Source: Selaginella moellendorffii (lineage: Eukaryota > Plantae > Lycopodiophyta). From it: a DNA stretch of 64,000 bases. Of the stretch, positions 61,400 through 64,000 are shown piece after piece. The stretch covers positions 93,072 to 157,071 of the forward strand of contig NW_003314423.1 in NCBI RefSeq assembly GCF_000143415.4, read 5' to 3'. The position numbers and the translations under genes were made by a program. The notes beneath the pieces were generated by a model, which searched no databases, was not told where the DNA came from, and saw only the letters and a program-made list of their open reading frames with translations. Numbering within the stretch: position 1 is the stretch's first letter; each line of letters starts with the position of its first letter.

Positions 61400-63300
61400 T
61401 CATAGCATTACCATGTTTGGGCATTTATAATGATTTGAACATTTTATACCGGTGAGAACATGGTCATAATCACTTGGTGGATCAATTTGGAAAGCACTAG
61501 TCTCTACTTTGAAAGGCAAGTTTTCATGTTTGAGGCGAGAGCTTGATTTCCATGAACAAGGAAGATTCACTAGATCCAACAATACCTTGTTTGGGGATTT
61601 GCAGCAGCTAGTAGAAATGGCTAATTTGGTCCATATCCTACAGTGAGGTGTGAATTTACCTCTCTTCACACCTAGAGCTTCATCAGCATAGAGTTATAGA
61701 GTAGAATTTGAGGTCATTTATGACTCAAATAAAATTACGGTGGATGTGGGCAAGTGCGACCACTTTCTTTGATCAATGTATGGACAAGCTCAAATTTGGT
61801 CAAAGTCACTCTTGGATACAAAGTGGGAGCGATACACAAAGGTGAAGAAGCTCTTCCTTAAGACATTTAGATAGGAGAAGGATTTCCAACAACTTCACAC
61901 TGAGCTCTTTCTTTCCGACAAGCACTTCATGAGTCTATCATTGAGTATATTTGGCAGTTTAAACAACACTTGCTCACTCAGATTCCAAACCTCACAGAGA
62001 CAACTATGGTTATTGCCTTTGTCTAGAGGTTGAAGTTGCTCATCTAGTGCAAACTTCTCAAGCATAAGCATACCAAGTGTCATCTAGCTTTTGAGCATGC
62101 TAAGGAGGTTAAAAAGGAGTTTTGTCTCACTCTAGGCATTTCCAAGGTTGCTCAATCTCCATCCAGCCACCTCCTTGAGCATTCGATTGCAACGGTTTCT
62201 CACCAACCTACACCTAGAGTCATGGAAGAGAGATTACTACCAGCATTGAAATCTGCCATTACAGAATTTTGCCAATACAAAGACCTCCTTGAGCATCAAT
62301 AACAAGCTCTCTTGCACTAGCAGTAGTAGTAGACTACCATCCTCAAGGAATTTAAGGCATTAAGACTTCAGTAAACAGAGATAGCATCAAGATGACCTTG
62401 TCGTTGGTGTACCCATTGTGAGGCTAGTACATACTCAATAGAACAATGCTATTGCCTCCATCTAGAGCTTCAACCTCCAAGGAGCCAATGTGTCCAGAAG
62501 CATCCACTTGCTAACACTTTGGCCACCTCTAGATGGATATCAACAACAGCTCTAATAGCATGCAATTGAAGCCACCCCATCGATGAGCGAAGGAAAGGAT
62601 CTAGCTCTCCACATCAACACCATCAACAATTATAGCTATGACTTGAGCTTAGAAGAAACATTAGCCAACAACACGGACATCAATAGAGAGTACAACTCAG
62701 TTGTTTAACAAGTTCCAGATCCAACCATTGCATGTAAATTGCCTTTTAGTCAGCATTTGTTCGATCCCCTATATTTGATGTAGGACCTTCTCAACTCAAT
62801 AACACATCTTCTCTAGGCTTGGCTGCCATGACTCCTCCTGCATCTTTAGCTCTTCCGATGGACATCATGCAGCACTTATTGCACATCTCAATCACCCTCC
62901 CACTTGGACAACTTTTAAGATCTGGACAGTAACTAGAAACTCTTACACATTCTAGCCAACCTCTTCTTCATGCTAGAGAGGATATCCACATCATGGATAC
63001 AATAACAACACAAGATCTGAGAGCTTTTATGGCATCAGTCACTTTGGGAGATATTGTCACAGTATAAGTGCTCTTGGATTCAGGATTAGGGAGTAATGTC
63101 ATCTCCTTGGTATTTGGCAAAGTTTGCTGGGTTCTAGATCTAGGACAACACCATCGTCATCTTCAAAACCTTTGCAAATCATACTGTGATCTTGTAGGCA
63201 TATGCCGCTAAGTGCCGATATCAGTCCAAAGGATTTTATCATGGATGGACTTTGTGGTAGTGGGCTTCCAGCATGAGCTCGGACCATAGTTGAGCTCACG
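61400..63300 (+). mobile_element. Second decayed LTR retrotransposon gag-protease relic
   Basis: Zn-knuckle-like WCTHCEASTYSIEQCY (~62405) and aspartic protease VLLDSG..SNVI (~63068); many stops. Confidence 0.6.
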
Positions 63301-64000
63301 AGTAGAGCTCAATTTTCAATTGTAATTTAGTACAAATATTATAAACTTTAAAATTTTAAAGTTATGGCAAACCTAATAATTTCATAACTCTCTATATATT
63401 ATATAGATAGAAATGTTCTAAAGGACACCTCTTGTTCTAATAATTTAAATATTTACTACATGCAATGATAGGGTTTAGGACATATAATGTTTGTTAGAAC
63501 ATAAAATAAAATGTTTCCAAAAAGATTCTTGTCACTTCTTTAAATTTGTACTTTGTGCTTTCTGGCTAGTAAATGTTAGGTTTGTCAGAATTTTAAAATT
63601 ATTAAATTGGAATTAAGATTCTATTTAAAGACATATAACCATTTGAAAGGAACAATTGTGATGGTACATATGCTCTCAGAATACATTGTAACATCATACA
63701 CCCAAAAGACTATCATGAAATATTTTTTGAGATGGTAAAGACAAAAATGGAGACTCACAAATACTATGGGCAGTATTGCGAAAAGAACCTCGTAAGTATA
63801 TGAAATGAAAAGTGAAATAATAAAATATTTTTATTAATTATATAAGGTATAATTAGTTTATATTATTGATAGAGAATAAACATCGATAGTGCTGGAAAAT
63901 CTAATTAGCTCCAAAAGTTTTCTGCAACTCGGCAATAGTAAGGCTTGCTTGGTGTATATGAATATCCACTTTAGGATCCTAGTGCAAAATGTTGATGAAG

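Overview
Land-plant nuclear DNA. The ~50-70 nt introns, dense GC-rich CDSs and gene content suggest a lycophyte such as Selaginella (inference). 1-14 kb is gene-dense: six intronless ATL-type RING-H2 E3 ligases interleaved with an RWP-RK (RKD-like) transcription factor and RAD54. 14-55 kb is a repeatedly duplicated, decaying block (unknown coiled-coil gene, GDSL lipase, Ecdysoneless/SGT1, VIT/CCC1-like, AT-rich spacer, HSP20-domain fusion gene) with only one clearly intact ECD copy. The block is invaded by an 885-bp TRIM, a nest of LTR elements and a ~7.8-kb non-autonomous Helitron. In the nest, a 7.3-kb ORF-less element inserted in inverted orientation into its own family member, probably inside an older Gypsy relic. 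The Helitron (44909-52739; TC...hairpin-CTAG, A|T target, paralogous empty site in the window) carries intron-containing fragments of at least four unrelated genes. 56-64 kb is decayed Gypsy sequence with a 99-bp Cys/Pro-coding tandem repeat. There are two assembly gaps. All calls were made by eye; no database searches were run.
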